Origin: a virus | Taxonomy: Duplodnaviria > Caudoviricetes | Virus record (IMG/VR): IMGVR_UViG_3300015259_000008 | Coordinates: 1 to 40,611 of that record | DNA length: 40,611 bases | Direction: 5' to 3' (one strand) | In this document: positions 19,082 through 26,969 of the stretch, in pieces | How the letters are laid out: each line of letters starts with the position of its first letter | Numbering within the stretch: position 1 is the stretch's first letter | Made by a program: the position numbers and the translations under genes | The notes under the pieces: generated by a model | The model's database searches: none | What the model was told of the DNA's origin: nothing | Seen by the model: the letters and a program-made list of their open reading frames with translations, nothing else

Positions 19082-19959
19082 TGTCGCCTTCTCTCCAGCG
19101 TTGGATCGCCTCTAAAGATTCGATCCAGTTCTTGTTCAACCTCGGCATCTGACATCTGCTGCGTCACCCAGCTCTGACCCCGAGGTCGGCGACCCTCAAG
19201 CTCTTGAACGATAGCAAGGCTCGCATCGTCAAGATCGGGCCGACGGGCCAACTCGGCCTCAAGTTCTTGAGTTGTAGCATCTTGAAGATCAAGATTAAAC
19301 TCAAAATCGAGCTCATCAGGAACATAAGGCTCACTGGCAATACGCGACTGCGCAGACCTTATCTGAGCCTCCGGCTCACCATAAAGAGGAGCTGTTCCCG
19401 ATTCAGCCTTGGGCTTGGGCCTGTAGTCCAAGATATCAGCACGAACCAGCGGCTCCTCGCCAAACATCTCTTTCAGCTGACTTGTAGTGAACTTGTCCCC
19501 TGTGGACTTATCCCGCCACATGTTAGCGATCCGATTGATGCCTTCCTTGTGAGGCTCCAGCCGGTCACCGATGGTCTTGCCCAGGGCCTCAGTCAGCTCG
19601 GCGCCCGGTACACCCTCCCGCATGGCTGTCCGCTTGAGCCGGCTGAGCGGAATGCTTCCCGCCTTCTTGGTGAAGCCTCCAGGAATCACTGCGAGCGCGG
19701 CGTCGCCCTTGGTCTCAGGAACGAAGAGCCAGTTGGCAAGGTCAGCAACAGACTTGCCACCCGGCAGTGGAATGTTACCAAACTGCGACTCACGCATTCG
19801 CTGAGCAACGAATTGACCCGGAGGAAAAGGCTCCGCTGCAACCTCCAAGGCCCGCTCAACTCCCTGGGGCTTGTCCCGCGGAAGCTGGCCTTGGGGCTGA
19901 GTCCGAGGACTCGGCATGAAGACCTGTTGAAGAAGTGTTTTGGGTTGTTCCTTAGGCAA
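19078..19959 (-). CDS. Hypothetical protein (293 aa), possibly virion-associated
   Basis: Start re-called to TTG 19959 (AGGAG RBS, MPKEQPK...); ATGA overlap with the portal start. Confidence 0.55.
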   Translation of the reverse strand: MPKEQPKTLLQQVFMPSPRTQPQGQLPRDKPQGVERALEVAAEPFPPGQFVAQRMRESQFGNIPLPGGKSVADLANWLFVPETKGDAALAVIPGGFTKKAGSIPLSRLKRTAMREGVPGAELTEALGKTIGDRLEPHKEGINRIANMWRDKSTGDKFTTSQLKEMFGEEPLVRADILDYRPKPKAESGTAPLYGEPEAQIRSAQSRIASEPYVPDELDFEFNLDLQDATTQELEAELARRPDLDDASLAIVQELEGRRPRGQSWVTQQMSDAEVEQELDRIFRGDPTLERRRQ

Positions 19960-19971
19960 CTTCCCAGCTCC
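19951..19971. repeat. 21-bp direct repeat CTTAGGCAACTTCCCAGCTCC, copy 1
   Basis: Exact match to 21765-21785; the two copies bracket the tailspike gene. Confidence 0.9.
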
Positions 19972-21773
19972 TAGTGCACCGCCCAGGCGACGCCCGGGCT
20001 GCATGAGCAGAGATCGCCAACTGCAGCAGTTGCACAAAGCGCGCCGCCGAGGACCGTATCTACCCAGAGCGACCCGACGGCACACTGCGCGGCCGTGATA
20101 GGCGGCTCCGCGCCCTCGCCCTTGACGTAGAAGCCCGTCGAGGCCGCGTTGCCGACAAGGATCGGGCTCACCGCGATGTTCGTGGCTCGATTGTCCTTGA
20201 GGGTCGTGTCCGTGAAGATGTGGTTGTTCGTCCAGAGTTGGTGGTCGAAGCTGTCGATGTTGTTGTCTTGTACGACCACTTTGCCGATGGTGCAGTTGCC
20301 CTGCGTACCCTGCTGATGGAGTCCAACCGCGGCTGAGAGCGCACCGCCGCCCGGAGATCCCGTCCCGACGAAGGAGTTTCCAGTGACCACCACGTCGTCA
20401 ATGAACATGCCTGCGAGGTCAGTGCCATCGCAGTAGATGCGGAGCGGGTAGAGGCTGATCCCCGACGCAGCAGCCTCGGGCTTGAAGATGTTTCCAGTGA
20501 TCGCGATGTGCTCTGTCGACTGAAGGTGGTTCGCCGAAGGTGGGTCTTGCAGGATGCGGACGCCGCTTCCGGTGCTAGCCAAGTGCCCGTGCTCTACCAC
20601 ATTCCCAGAGAACGTCACGTACTGTGCTGCATGGATCGAAACTGCGTTGCCCTTCGGGCTGATAAAGGTGTTGCCTGTGATGGCAACGTCCACGAGGTTT
20701 CCGATCTCGAGCGCGTCGATCGACGGATAGCCGGCCGTCGCCCCGAGGTGGGTGTAGACGTTGTTAGAGAACGTCCCGCCGCGCATCATGCCGATGCCAA
20801 ATCCCTGCTCCACGAAGTCGTAGGTGGTGCAGGTGTTCCCACTGATTTCCGCGCCGGTCATGTAGTCGGCTGGATGGCTGATCGCTGCGCCGTTTGCGAC
20901 GGCGAACTCCATGCAGCCCGTCGCTGTCACTCCCGCGTCGCGGCCTCCGGCCTCCATCGTGTTTCCGCGGATGATGATGTCCTTCGACCCGATGCCAGCG
21001 AACAGGAAGAAGGGGTCGCCTCCCGAGTCCCGGGAAACCAGCGTGTTGTCGACGATCCTGAGGTTCTCGACGTTCGCGCTGAGGTTCGCGCCGATCAGGT
21101 CGCCAGTGACCACCACGCCCGTCGCGTCGAGGGTGTTGTCGATCCGGTTGCCCTCGATGGTCACGTCCTCGATGAGCGTGCCGAGGCTAGCGGGGTCGAG
21201 CAGGACTCCCTTCGTGCGGTAGTCGTGGACTGTGTTCCGCAGCAGCTTCGTGCCGTCGGCATCGACTCCGATCTTGACCCAGGTCGCCGCGACGGTGTTC
21301 TTCTTCCCGTCGAATCTGCAGTCGTGGATCGTGTTGTTGGCGGCAGTGATGCTGAACGTGGTCTGTGCGGCGCCGCCCTGAGTGATGGTAACGTCTGGCG
21401 CGCAGGTGATCGTCGTGTTCGGCTGGTCGAGGTCAGCCGAACCCGTCATCGTGTGCGACTCGGTGATGAGGATGGTGCCGCCGACGGGGCTCGCGTCCTG
21501 AGCGGCCTGGATCTGGTCGGAGAAGTCAGCCCCGGAGTAGTCTTCGGCAACCTTGACTATGTTGGAAGAGGGCCCTACGCCACTTCCATACCAGGTCTTA
21601 CTGCCAGGAGTAATACAGTGCCAGATAGCTCCTGTGCTGTTGTCCAGGTAGACCATTCCGGCCTTTGAACAACCAGCAAATCCATTGGGATCACCTGCCC
21701 CAGAGAGAGCATCCTGGGCAAAGGCAGGACTGGCCAAGATCAAACAGGACAGAAGGAGAAGAATCTTAGGCAA
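19971..21773 (-). CDS. Signal-peptide-bearing right-handed beta-helix tailspike/depolymerase B (600 aa)
   Basis: Start re-called to TTG 21773 (GGAGGGAG RBS, overlapping the terL stop). Sec signal MPKILLLLSCLILASPAFA; SDQIQAAQDA..GGTILI cap helix; repeated I.GN/V.GN rungs; 12 Cys in the mature part. Confidence 0.8.
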   Translation of the reverse strand: MPKILLLLSCLILASPAFAQDALSGAGDPNGFAGCSKAGMVYLDNSTGAIWHCITPGSKTWYGSGVGPSSNIVKVAEDYSGADFSDQIQAAQDASPVGGTILITESHTMTGSADLDQPNTTITCAPDVTITQGGAAQTTFSITAANNTIHDCRFDGKKNTVAATWVKIGVDADGTKLLRNTVHDYRTKGVLLDPASLGTLIEDVTIEGNRIDNTLDATGVVVTGDLIGANLSANVENLRIVDNTLVSRDSGGDPFFLFAGIGSKDIIIRGNTMEAGGRDAGVTATGCMEFAVANGAAISHPADYMTGAEISGNTCTTYDFVEQGFGIGMMRGGTFSNNVYTHLGATAGYPSIDALEIGNLVDVAITGNTFISPKGNAVSIHAAQYVTFSGNVVEHGHLASTGSGVRILQDPPSANHLQSTEHIAITGNIFKPEAAASGISLYPLRIYCDGTDLAGMFIDDVVVTGNSFVGTGSPGGGALSAAVGLHQQGTQGNCTIGKVVVQDNNIDSFDHQLWTNNHIFTDTTLKDNRATNIAVSPILVGNAASTGFYVKGEGAEPPITAAQCAVGSLWVDTVLGGALCATAAVGDLCSCSPGVAWAVH

Positions 21774-21785
21774 CTTCCCAGCTCC
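21765..21785. repeat. 21-bp direct repeat, copy 2
   Basis: Exact match to 19951-19971; contains the terL stop and the next gene's RBS and start. Confidence 0.9.
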
Positions 21786-23397
21786 CTCCGATCTCCTTGT
21801 AGAGATCGGGAATTGACTTCTCGTTGTAGGGATCTTCCTCGTCAGTGGACTCTTCTGCATAGAAGCCAGCTACCGCATCGAGGCACTCGATAGCTCCACA
21901 AAGCGTATCCGGCCAGTCATCCTTTCCATCACGATTCGGCAGGAAGTCCAAGAGCTGAGCCTCAAGCTTCTTGAACTTCCTCGTAAACGTGATGAAGCCA
22001 TTTTGGAAACGGGGCTGCAGGATTCCCTTGAACCGCTCTGACTTCTTCTTGGCATGAGTGACCGGCTCGAGGTTAAAGTAGTAGCTCCGCTTGAACATCT
22101 CCTGGCGCATGGTCACTACCAAGGCAGCCTGAAAAGCATTAGCCTCAATACCAGCAAAGCTGGCGTGCCCGGTTCCGGACCGGAGCTTGTGCTGCCGGAA
22201 GAATTCGGTTATGATGGCATCCATCTCCATGCCACGAGCGCCTTCGCCATCAGTGACATAGATCTGGCCCTTGTCCGACATCACTACAGTGATGATTACG
22301 GCTTCGTCGGCAGTCTCTTTCTTGCTGATCGCCGGGTCGTTGTAGGTACTGGCCGCAACGATCACTGCATCTTCGGGAACAGGACCGTACTTGAACCATT
22401 CCTGCCTGAACATCGAGGTCTCTTCGGACCGAGCCTCGTTGTGATACTCCATGTAGTAGGATGCCAACTGACCCGCGTTGGCGAAGGAGACTTTGTTGGC
22501 TTCGTCCTTGACCTCGTCGATAGCCTCAGGCCAAAGCAAGTCCCCGTCCTTGTCCCTGATACCCAGCTTTACAACACTCCAGCGGGGATCACCGGAAATA
22601 GTCTGAAGAAGTGCATTAGGGTGGAGCATCGTCCCCAGCATGACAATGCGGCCTTTCCCAATCGTCGGCAAGGCCGGCATGACATCAGCAGTAAACCAAC
22701 GCCGAGTCTTTTCTCGCTGCTCCTCAGTCGAGACCGACTCCTTGTCTTCGACGTCATCGACCAGGATCTCTTGCGGGCGAACGCCTCGGTGGTTGAGGCC
22801 TCGAATCTGTGCTCCGCGGCCACGAGCAACGAAGGCTACACCAGACGTAGTCTCGAACATCTTGGCCGACCAGCGCTCGTCGTCGCGGAGTCTGGGCCGG
22901 AGATCCCCGAAGACCTGGATAAGCCTCTCGTTGTCACTCAGCTCTCGCCGGACGTTCTCCATCTGCATGACTGCATGGTCACCAGACTCAGAGACGTAGG
23001 CTGCGAACTTATTGACCTGGTAGACGGTCTTGTAGATCGGAACAGCAATGCCAGCATACGTGGTCTTGCTGAAACTCCGCGGAAGCATTACCTCGACGAA
23101 GGGCCGCCAGAACATGGTGACCTTACCATCGTCGTCGAGACGGAAGATCGGCCGCTCTTCTTCCTCAGGGTCGAGGTAGGTGAAGTTCTTGACGATCTTC
23201 TCGAGGTCTCCGTACTTGGTCAGGAACCCCGTTCGTTCGGTCAAGATTGCCAACAGAGCTCGATGGACCCAAGGAATTTCTCCTGGAAACAGGTGCGTCA
23301 GGAAGGTCTTGCAGAACAGAACGGGGTCCAAGTAGCAGGCCTGAGCAAGGGCCTTCAGCTCGGACTTCGTTACGAGGCTGGGACTAGAAGCCTCCAA
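21766..23397 (-). CDS. terL: Terminase large subunit
   Basis: Walker A LPRSFSKTT, IRGL, Walker B ILVDDVED, coupling motif GTML, RNase H-like YNDPAIS and KDDWPD. Confidence 0.92.
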   Translation of the reverse strand: MEASSPSLVTKSELKALAQACYLDPVLFCKTFLTHLFPGEIPWVHRALLAILTERTGFLTKYGDLEKIVKNFTYLDPEEEERPIFRLDDDGKVTMFWRPFVEVMLPRSFSKTTYAGIAVPIYKTVYQVNKFAAYVSESGDHAVMQMENVRRELSDNERLIQVFGDLRPRLRDDERWSAKMFETTSGVAFVARGRGAQIRGLNHRGVRPQEILVDDVEDKESVSTEEQREKTRRWFTADVMPALPTIGKGRIVMLGTMLHPNALLQTISGDPRWSVVKLGIRDKDGDLLWPEAIDEVKDEANKVSFANAGQLASYYMEYHNEARSEETSMFRQEWFKYGPVPEDAVIVAASTYNDPAISKKETADEAVIITVVMSDKGQIYVTDGEGARGMEMDAIITEFFRQHKLRSGTGHASFAGIEANAFQAALVVTMRQEMFKRSYYFNLEPVTHAKKKSERFKGILQPRFQNGFITFTRKFKKLEAQLLDFLPNRDGKDDWPDTLCGAIECLDAVAGFYAEESTDEEDPYNEKSIPDLYKEIGGSWEVA

Positions 23398-23911
23398 AGA
23401 GCCTCCGTGTCACCGAAGGATCGTTGTTGAGGAAGGCCTCGGACGAAGGTAGACTTGAAACGGGCATTGTCGGTAGCCTGGTCGCTGAGCTTGGCGTACC
23501 CTTGGGAGCTGTAGACTGTGCAGGAGCTGCCGGGGCCCCACCTTGGCTGCCACCCCCACCAAGCAAGGAACCACCAAGCTGAGCCGCATCTCCGACTGTG
23601 ACTCCTGACCCGCCGATAGGCGTAGAGAGAAAGCCACCGAGTCCACCGGCCGCTGCGGGGGCCGCAGCTAGCCCAGCTCCGGCTCCTGCACCGATACCGG
23701 CCCCAGCTCCGACACCTGCGCCTATTCCTGCTCCGGCTCCGATCCCCGCTCCTGCTCCAGCAGCAGCCCCAATCCCAGCACCAGCGCCGGCAGCAGCTCC
23801 AACTCCGGCTCCTGCTGCCGCAGCTCCGCCGCCGATCCCGACCGCTCCACCAATGCTACCAAGCGCCCCACCGATTGCTCCGAGAATTCCAGCGATGGTA
23901 ATGCAGAGCAT
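23384..23911 (-). CDS. Gly/Ala-rich protein, candidate small internal virion protein
   Basis: Start re-called to ATG 23911 (AGGAG RBS, MLCITIAGILGAIGG); GAGAG(I/V)GA repeats; C-terminus PSVTRRLFGGF. Confidence 0.55.
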   Translation of the reverse strand: MLCITIAGILGAIGGALGSIGGAVGIGGGAAAAGAGVGAAAGAGAGIGAAAGAGAGIGAGAGIGAGVGAGAGIGAGAGAGLAAAPAAAGGLGGFLSTPIGGSGVTVGDAAQLGGSLLGGGGSQGGAPAAPAQSTAPKGTPSSATRLPTMPVSSLPSSEAFLNNDPSVTRRLFGGF

Positions 23912-23928
23912 AGGATCTACTCCTACGA

Positions 23929-24408
23929 TCATTCTTTTTCCAGGTTCCAGCGAACGCCGATCTGGAACGGTTCGAGTTTTGCCCGCTTGATAGCACTGAC
24001 AACTTCCAGGTTGTCTTTCAGGTAGGCTCCGATATACAGGTCGTACCCTCGCTCGATCAGCTGGGCTTTGAGAGTGCTGTAGAGCTTGTTGGCGACCCCG
24101 TACCGGCGAAAGCCTCGACGAACGAAGGTGCCGTATCCGATAGCAGTCTTCTTGCCATCAGTGTCATACGGGAATTCAGCCTTGACCGCCAGCGTGGCTC
24201 CGATCAGGTAGTTCGATACCTCAGCAACGAGGCAGACTCCGAGGCCACTGAGGGCTTGTTCCAGAAGACCCTGTATCCAGAGATCCGTCTTGGGACCTGT
24301 ACGGATCTCACTCTTCTGGCTTTGGCACAGCAACCGATAGAGCTCCAGGACGTTCTCAGTGTCGAAGAACTTGGCCTCTCTAAGAGTATAGTGCTCAGAA
24401 GCCTCCAA
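23929..24408 (-). CDS. GNAT-family acetyltransferase
   Basis: CLVAE...LIG and acetyl-CoA motif A TFVRRGFRRYGVANKLY. Confidence 0.75.
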   Translation of the reverse strand: MEASEHYTLREAKFFDTENVLELYRLLCQSQKSEIRTGPKTDLWIQGLLEQALSGLGVCLVAEVSNYLIGATLAVKAEFPYDTDGKKTAIGYGTFVRRGFRRYGVANKLYSTLKAQLIERGYDLYIGAYLKDNLEVVSAIKRAKLEPFQIGVRWNLEKE

Positions 24409-25111
24409 AGATTCCCCGAGTCACCGAAGGGCCACCACTGAGGAACTGTCGCCGCTGGCGCTTCCCAAGCCTAGGTCCTTCGACCTTGACCCCACTCGGA
24501 GCTGTAGACTGCGCCGGGCGGGCCGGAGTCGGCTCTTGACCTCGAGCTGCAGCCTGGAGACCCTGAGAAGCGGTAACAAGCCGCTGGTTCTGCTTCCGCT
24601 GCTTGTCGATCTCATCTGCTCTTCGCTTCGCCGCGACAGCCTCACCAGAAGCATCCGGCGCGGTAGGACCAGCAGTCTTGGCTCCGAGCGCATCCAGTTG
24701 GCCCTGGTTGTAGATGGGACTGGAACCGGGGTCTCGCATGGGCTCCCCACCAGTCTTCATGGGCCGAAGCGTCTGCGGCCCGGTGACTTGAAGTGTCGAG
24801 CCCCGGATCTTGTCGAGGAGTGCTGTATCCCCGAGCCAGTCCATGACTCCGGTAAGGCCCTGGCCGACCTCCGAGCCAGCAATTCCTCCCCCACTCCCTG
24901 GCCCGCGGGGATAGGCTTGAGACACGTCCTGCATCCCCTGAGCGATTCCACCTCGAGCTATGTCAACGCCCTGTTTGAAGTTGCCTCCAATGGAATCAAG
25001 AAGCCCCGGAGGAGGAGGCCCCTGGATCGGCATGATGGAGGCATCCCCGGGAGCCCCCGGAGAACCCTTACTTCCGAGGCCGCCAAGGAAACTTGCCCAG
25101 TCCATTGCCAT
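24395..25111 (-). CDS. Gly/Pro-rich protein paralogous at its C-terminus to 23384-23911
   Basis: AGGAG RBS; shares PAQSTAP.G and PSVTR..FGGF with the 23384 gene. Confidence 0.55.
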   Translation of the reverse strand: MAMDWASFLGGLGSKGSPGAPGDASIMPIQGPPPPGLLDSIGGNFKQGVDIARGGIAQGMQDVSQAYPRGPGSGGGIAGSEVGQGLTGVMDWLGDTALLDKIRGSTLQVTGPQTLRPMKTGGEPMRDPGSSPIYNQGQLDALGAKTAGPTAPDASGEAVAAKRRADEIDKQRKQNQRLVTASQGLQAAARGQEPTPARPAQSTAPSGVKVEGPRLGKRQRRQFLSGGPSVTRGIFGGF

Positions 25112-25120
25112 GGTTGTCTC

Positions 25121-25597
25121 CTACCTCATCCAGTGCCAGAAGTTGATTTCACTTGAGGGAGGGAGCGCCAGGACATCCGGAAGAGTGAAGATGGCTGTCC
25201 TCAAACCTCCAGTAAACTTGGCTACCTGAACCAAGGTGAACTCAGAGTCCGGAAAGAGGACCCTAAGGACTGGAAGATACAGGCCCCTCAGCTGTACCTC
25301 CGCTCGCCAAGTCGCTGTCCTCTTCGCATCAACGACTATGCGATGGCGCTCCCTCCCAGCCGGAGTCAAGACGAAGTCTGGCCGACAGAACCCGGTTCCG
25401 TTGGAGTCCTCGAAGTAGATCCAGGGCTGGTAGAGGAGGCTAAAGCGCCCCTGGGCCTCAGAGTCAAGATGCCGCTTGACTTTCCGCTCGTACCTCAGTC
25501 CATCCTTCTGAGCCCGAGTCGTCCCCGGGGTCTGATCCGGAAAGGGACCCGAGTCTCGGAACTCGGCGTACTGAACTTCCTTGGCCTTCCGCGGCAA
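25121..25597 (-). CDS. PD-(D/E)xK nuclease-like protein
   Basis: YERKV...RPDFVL...VVDAKRT...QLRGLY; start uncertain (TTG 25597 chosen to limit overlap with the terS candidate). Confidence 0.6.
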   Translation of the reverse strand: MPRKAKEVQYAEFRDSGPFPDQTPGTTRAQKDGLRYERKVKRHLDSEAQGRFSLLYQPWIYFEDSNGTGFCRPDFVLTPAGRERHRIVVDAKRTATWRAEVQLRGLYLPVLRVLFPDSEFTLVQVAKFTGGLRTAIFTLPDVLALPPSSEINFWHWMR

Positions 25598-26156
25598 CGT
25601 CAACCACTCGGCTGTCGTCGTTTGCAGAAGCTTCCTTGAGGAGCTCGGCAATGTCTTGAGTGCTGAGGCCGAAGTGGACGTGGGCATGTCGTTGAGCAAT
25701 GCCTCCGCGGTCGAGAAGACCAAGTGTCGCGCTGGTGAGGTCCTTGGTGGCGATGTTCTTCGGCGCCTGCTCGAACCGTCGATGAAGCTCTTCGACACCG
25801 GAACTTGCAGCTAGTCTTGCCCGCCTTGTCACCGCCTCGATCTCAGCCCAACCGGAGAGTAGATACTCCCGGACCAGGCTTTGCATGGAGGGCGACGCCA
25901 GGAGTGTCGAGATGTTGGCCTGGGTACAATTCAGGATCTCCGCTACTTCCACCTGCTTTAGCCCGCCAGCAATCAACTGGGCGATCTTGTGGTGACGGAT
26001 GCGGAGCTGGCCTGCACTACCTTCCACCCCGGGGCCCATGACACTGAGAGCCTCGATGTCGTCCTTGGTGATCTCCCGCACCTCGGCAATCAGAGTCTCA
26101 GTGGTATGAATGGTCAGCCGGGACAAGGCTTGGGCTCCTGGGGGCCTCGTGGCCAC
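25464..26156 (-). CDS. HTH protein, probable terminase small subunit
   Basis: RHHKIAQLIAGGLKQVEVAEILNCTQANISTL helix-turn-helix; first gene of the packaging operon; start uncertain (GTG 26156). Confidence 0.6.
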   Translation of the reverse strand: MATRPPGAQALSRLTIHTTETLIAEVREITKDDIEALSVMGPGVEGSAGQLRIRHHKIAQLIAGGLKQVEVAEILNCTQANISTLLASPSMQSLVREYLLSGWAEIEAVTRRARLAASSGVEELHRRFEQAPKNIATKDLTSATLGLLDRGGIAQRHAHVHFGLSTQDIAELLKEASANDDSRVVDVAAEGQGSSVRRVPRLGSLSGSDPGDDSGSEGWTEVRAESQAAS

Positions 26157-26170
26157 ACAGCTTCGATGAC

Positions 26171-26198
26171 ACCATACCATAGCTCAGGAAAAAGTCAA
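26171..26198 (-). promoter_or_regulatory. Sigma70-type promoter for the structural operon
   Basis: TTGACT-N16-TATGGT with an extended -10 TG, just upstream of the terS candidate. Confidence 0.6.
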
Positions 26199-26374
26199 GG
26201 GACTCCAGGGGAATTGGATATGGTATGGGAGCGGAGGTCGGAAAACTTGGCGGAAATTTTAGAGATGCCTTCGAGGTCGATGTGGCGGTCTGCGTGGGGG
26301 GAGTGTGGGGGTACAGGAGCCTCGGCCCCCGCTACGCTTCGGCGTGTTACACACAACTGTGTACCCATGAGTAC

Positions 26375-26406
26375 AAAAGAGCCGGGCCTCGGGCGCCCGG
26401 CCTCTT
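26375..26406 (-). terminator. Rho-independent terminator
   Basis: On the minus strand: AAGAGGCCGGGC-loop-GCCCGGCTCTTTT, about 20 nt after the 26429 stop. Confidence 0.65.
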
Positions 26407-26428
26407 GTTAGGTTGTTACGCCTACCCC

Positions 26429-26887
26429 TTAGATCACCTCCTTTTCGCGGGCCCGTGCCACGGATGCGGCATGAGTCGCAAGCTTCGCCGCGCGCTCTTT
26501 GCCGAAGCGGGCGACCACGAATGCCATGAGCTTCGCCGCATCCGATGCGCCGGGCACATCATCGACACTGTACGGTGTCGCGGCCTTCTTCCGGATCGCC
26601 GCGGTACGGACCAGCGCCGCGAGCTCGCGACTCGTCGGGTCCGCGGCACGCCCGCCGGACTCGGCCCATTCGCCCTTTTCGATCTTGGCAAAGCGGTCGG
26701 CGATTGCCCCGAGCCGATCCTTTTCGGTATAGGGCGTTCCGTCCGGCTTGCGCTCCTTTTCCCCCATCGACGCGGTCTCCCGTTGGGCAATCACCCCCAT
26801 GGCATAGGTGACAGCCTTCTGGATCAGCGGCTCGGGAACATCGACCAGGAAACTCTGCCCGCGTGCATTGATTGCGACCTGCATCAT
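26429..26887 (-). CDS. Hypothetical basic Ala-rich protein in its own transcription unit
   Basis: GGAGG RBS, own promoter and terminator; GGRAADP.SRE motif similar to the 32593 gene. Confidence 0.7.
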   Translation of the reverse strand: MMQVAINARGQSFLVDVPEPLIQKAVTYAMGVIAQRETASMGEKERKPDGTPYTEKDRLGAIADRFAKIEKGEWAESGGRAADPTSRELAALVRTAAIRKKAATPYSVDDVPGASDAAKLMAFVVARFGKERAAKLATHAASVARAREKEVI

Positions 26888-26919
26888 AACCTCCAGTGTC
26901 GCGTGATTGCGACTCCATC

Positions 26920-26947
26920 ACATTACCACGCCACCGGGCCGCGTCAA
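26920..26947 (-). promoter_or_regulatory. Sigma70-type promoter
   Basis: TTGACG-N16-TAATGT with an extended -10 TG, about 30 nt upstream of ATG 26887. Confidence 0.55.
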
Positions 26948-26948
26948 G

Positions 26949-26969
26949 AGTTATTCTAATAGAATAACT
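26949..26969. promoter_or_regulatory. AT-rich 21-bp palindrome, operator-like
   Basis: AGTTATTCTA-A-TAGAATAACT, directly upstream of the -35 at 26942-26947. Confidence 0.55.

Noticed and set aside
21744-21773. LLSC in the tailspike leader as a lipobox
   Set aside because: Cys at residue 10 is too early and the hydrophobic stretch continues to a good AFA-Q signal peptidase I site.
21774-21860. ORF-track N-terminal extension of the tailspike (MQKSPLTRK...) and the similar extension of the 19078 gene to 20085
   Set aside because: Both lie inside upstream genes; RBS-supported TTG starts at 21773 and 19959 fit better.
150-26100. Many long plus-strand ORFs in the left arm (e.g. 1086-2177, 14580-15797, 17171-18784, 20508-21668, 22054-23430)
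   Set aside because: Antisense shadows of codon-biased minus-strand genes in GC-rich DNA; no recognisable motifs or RBS.
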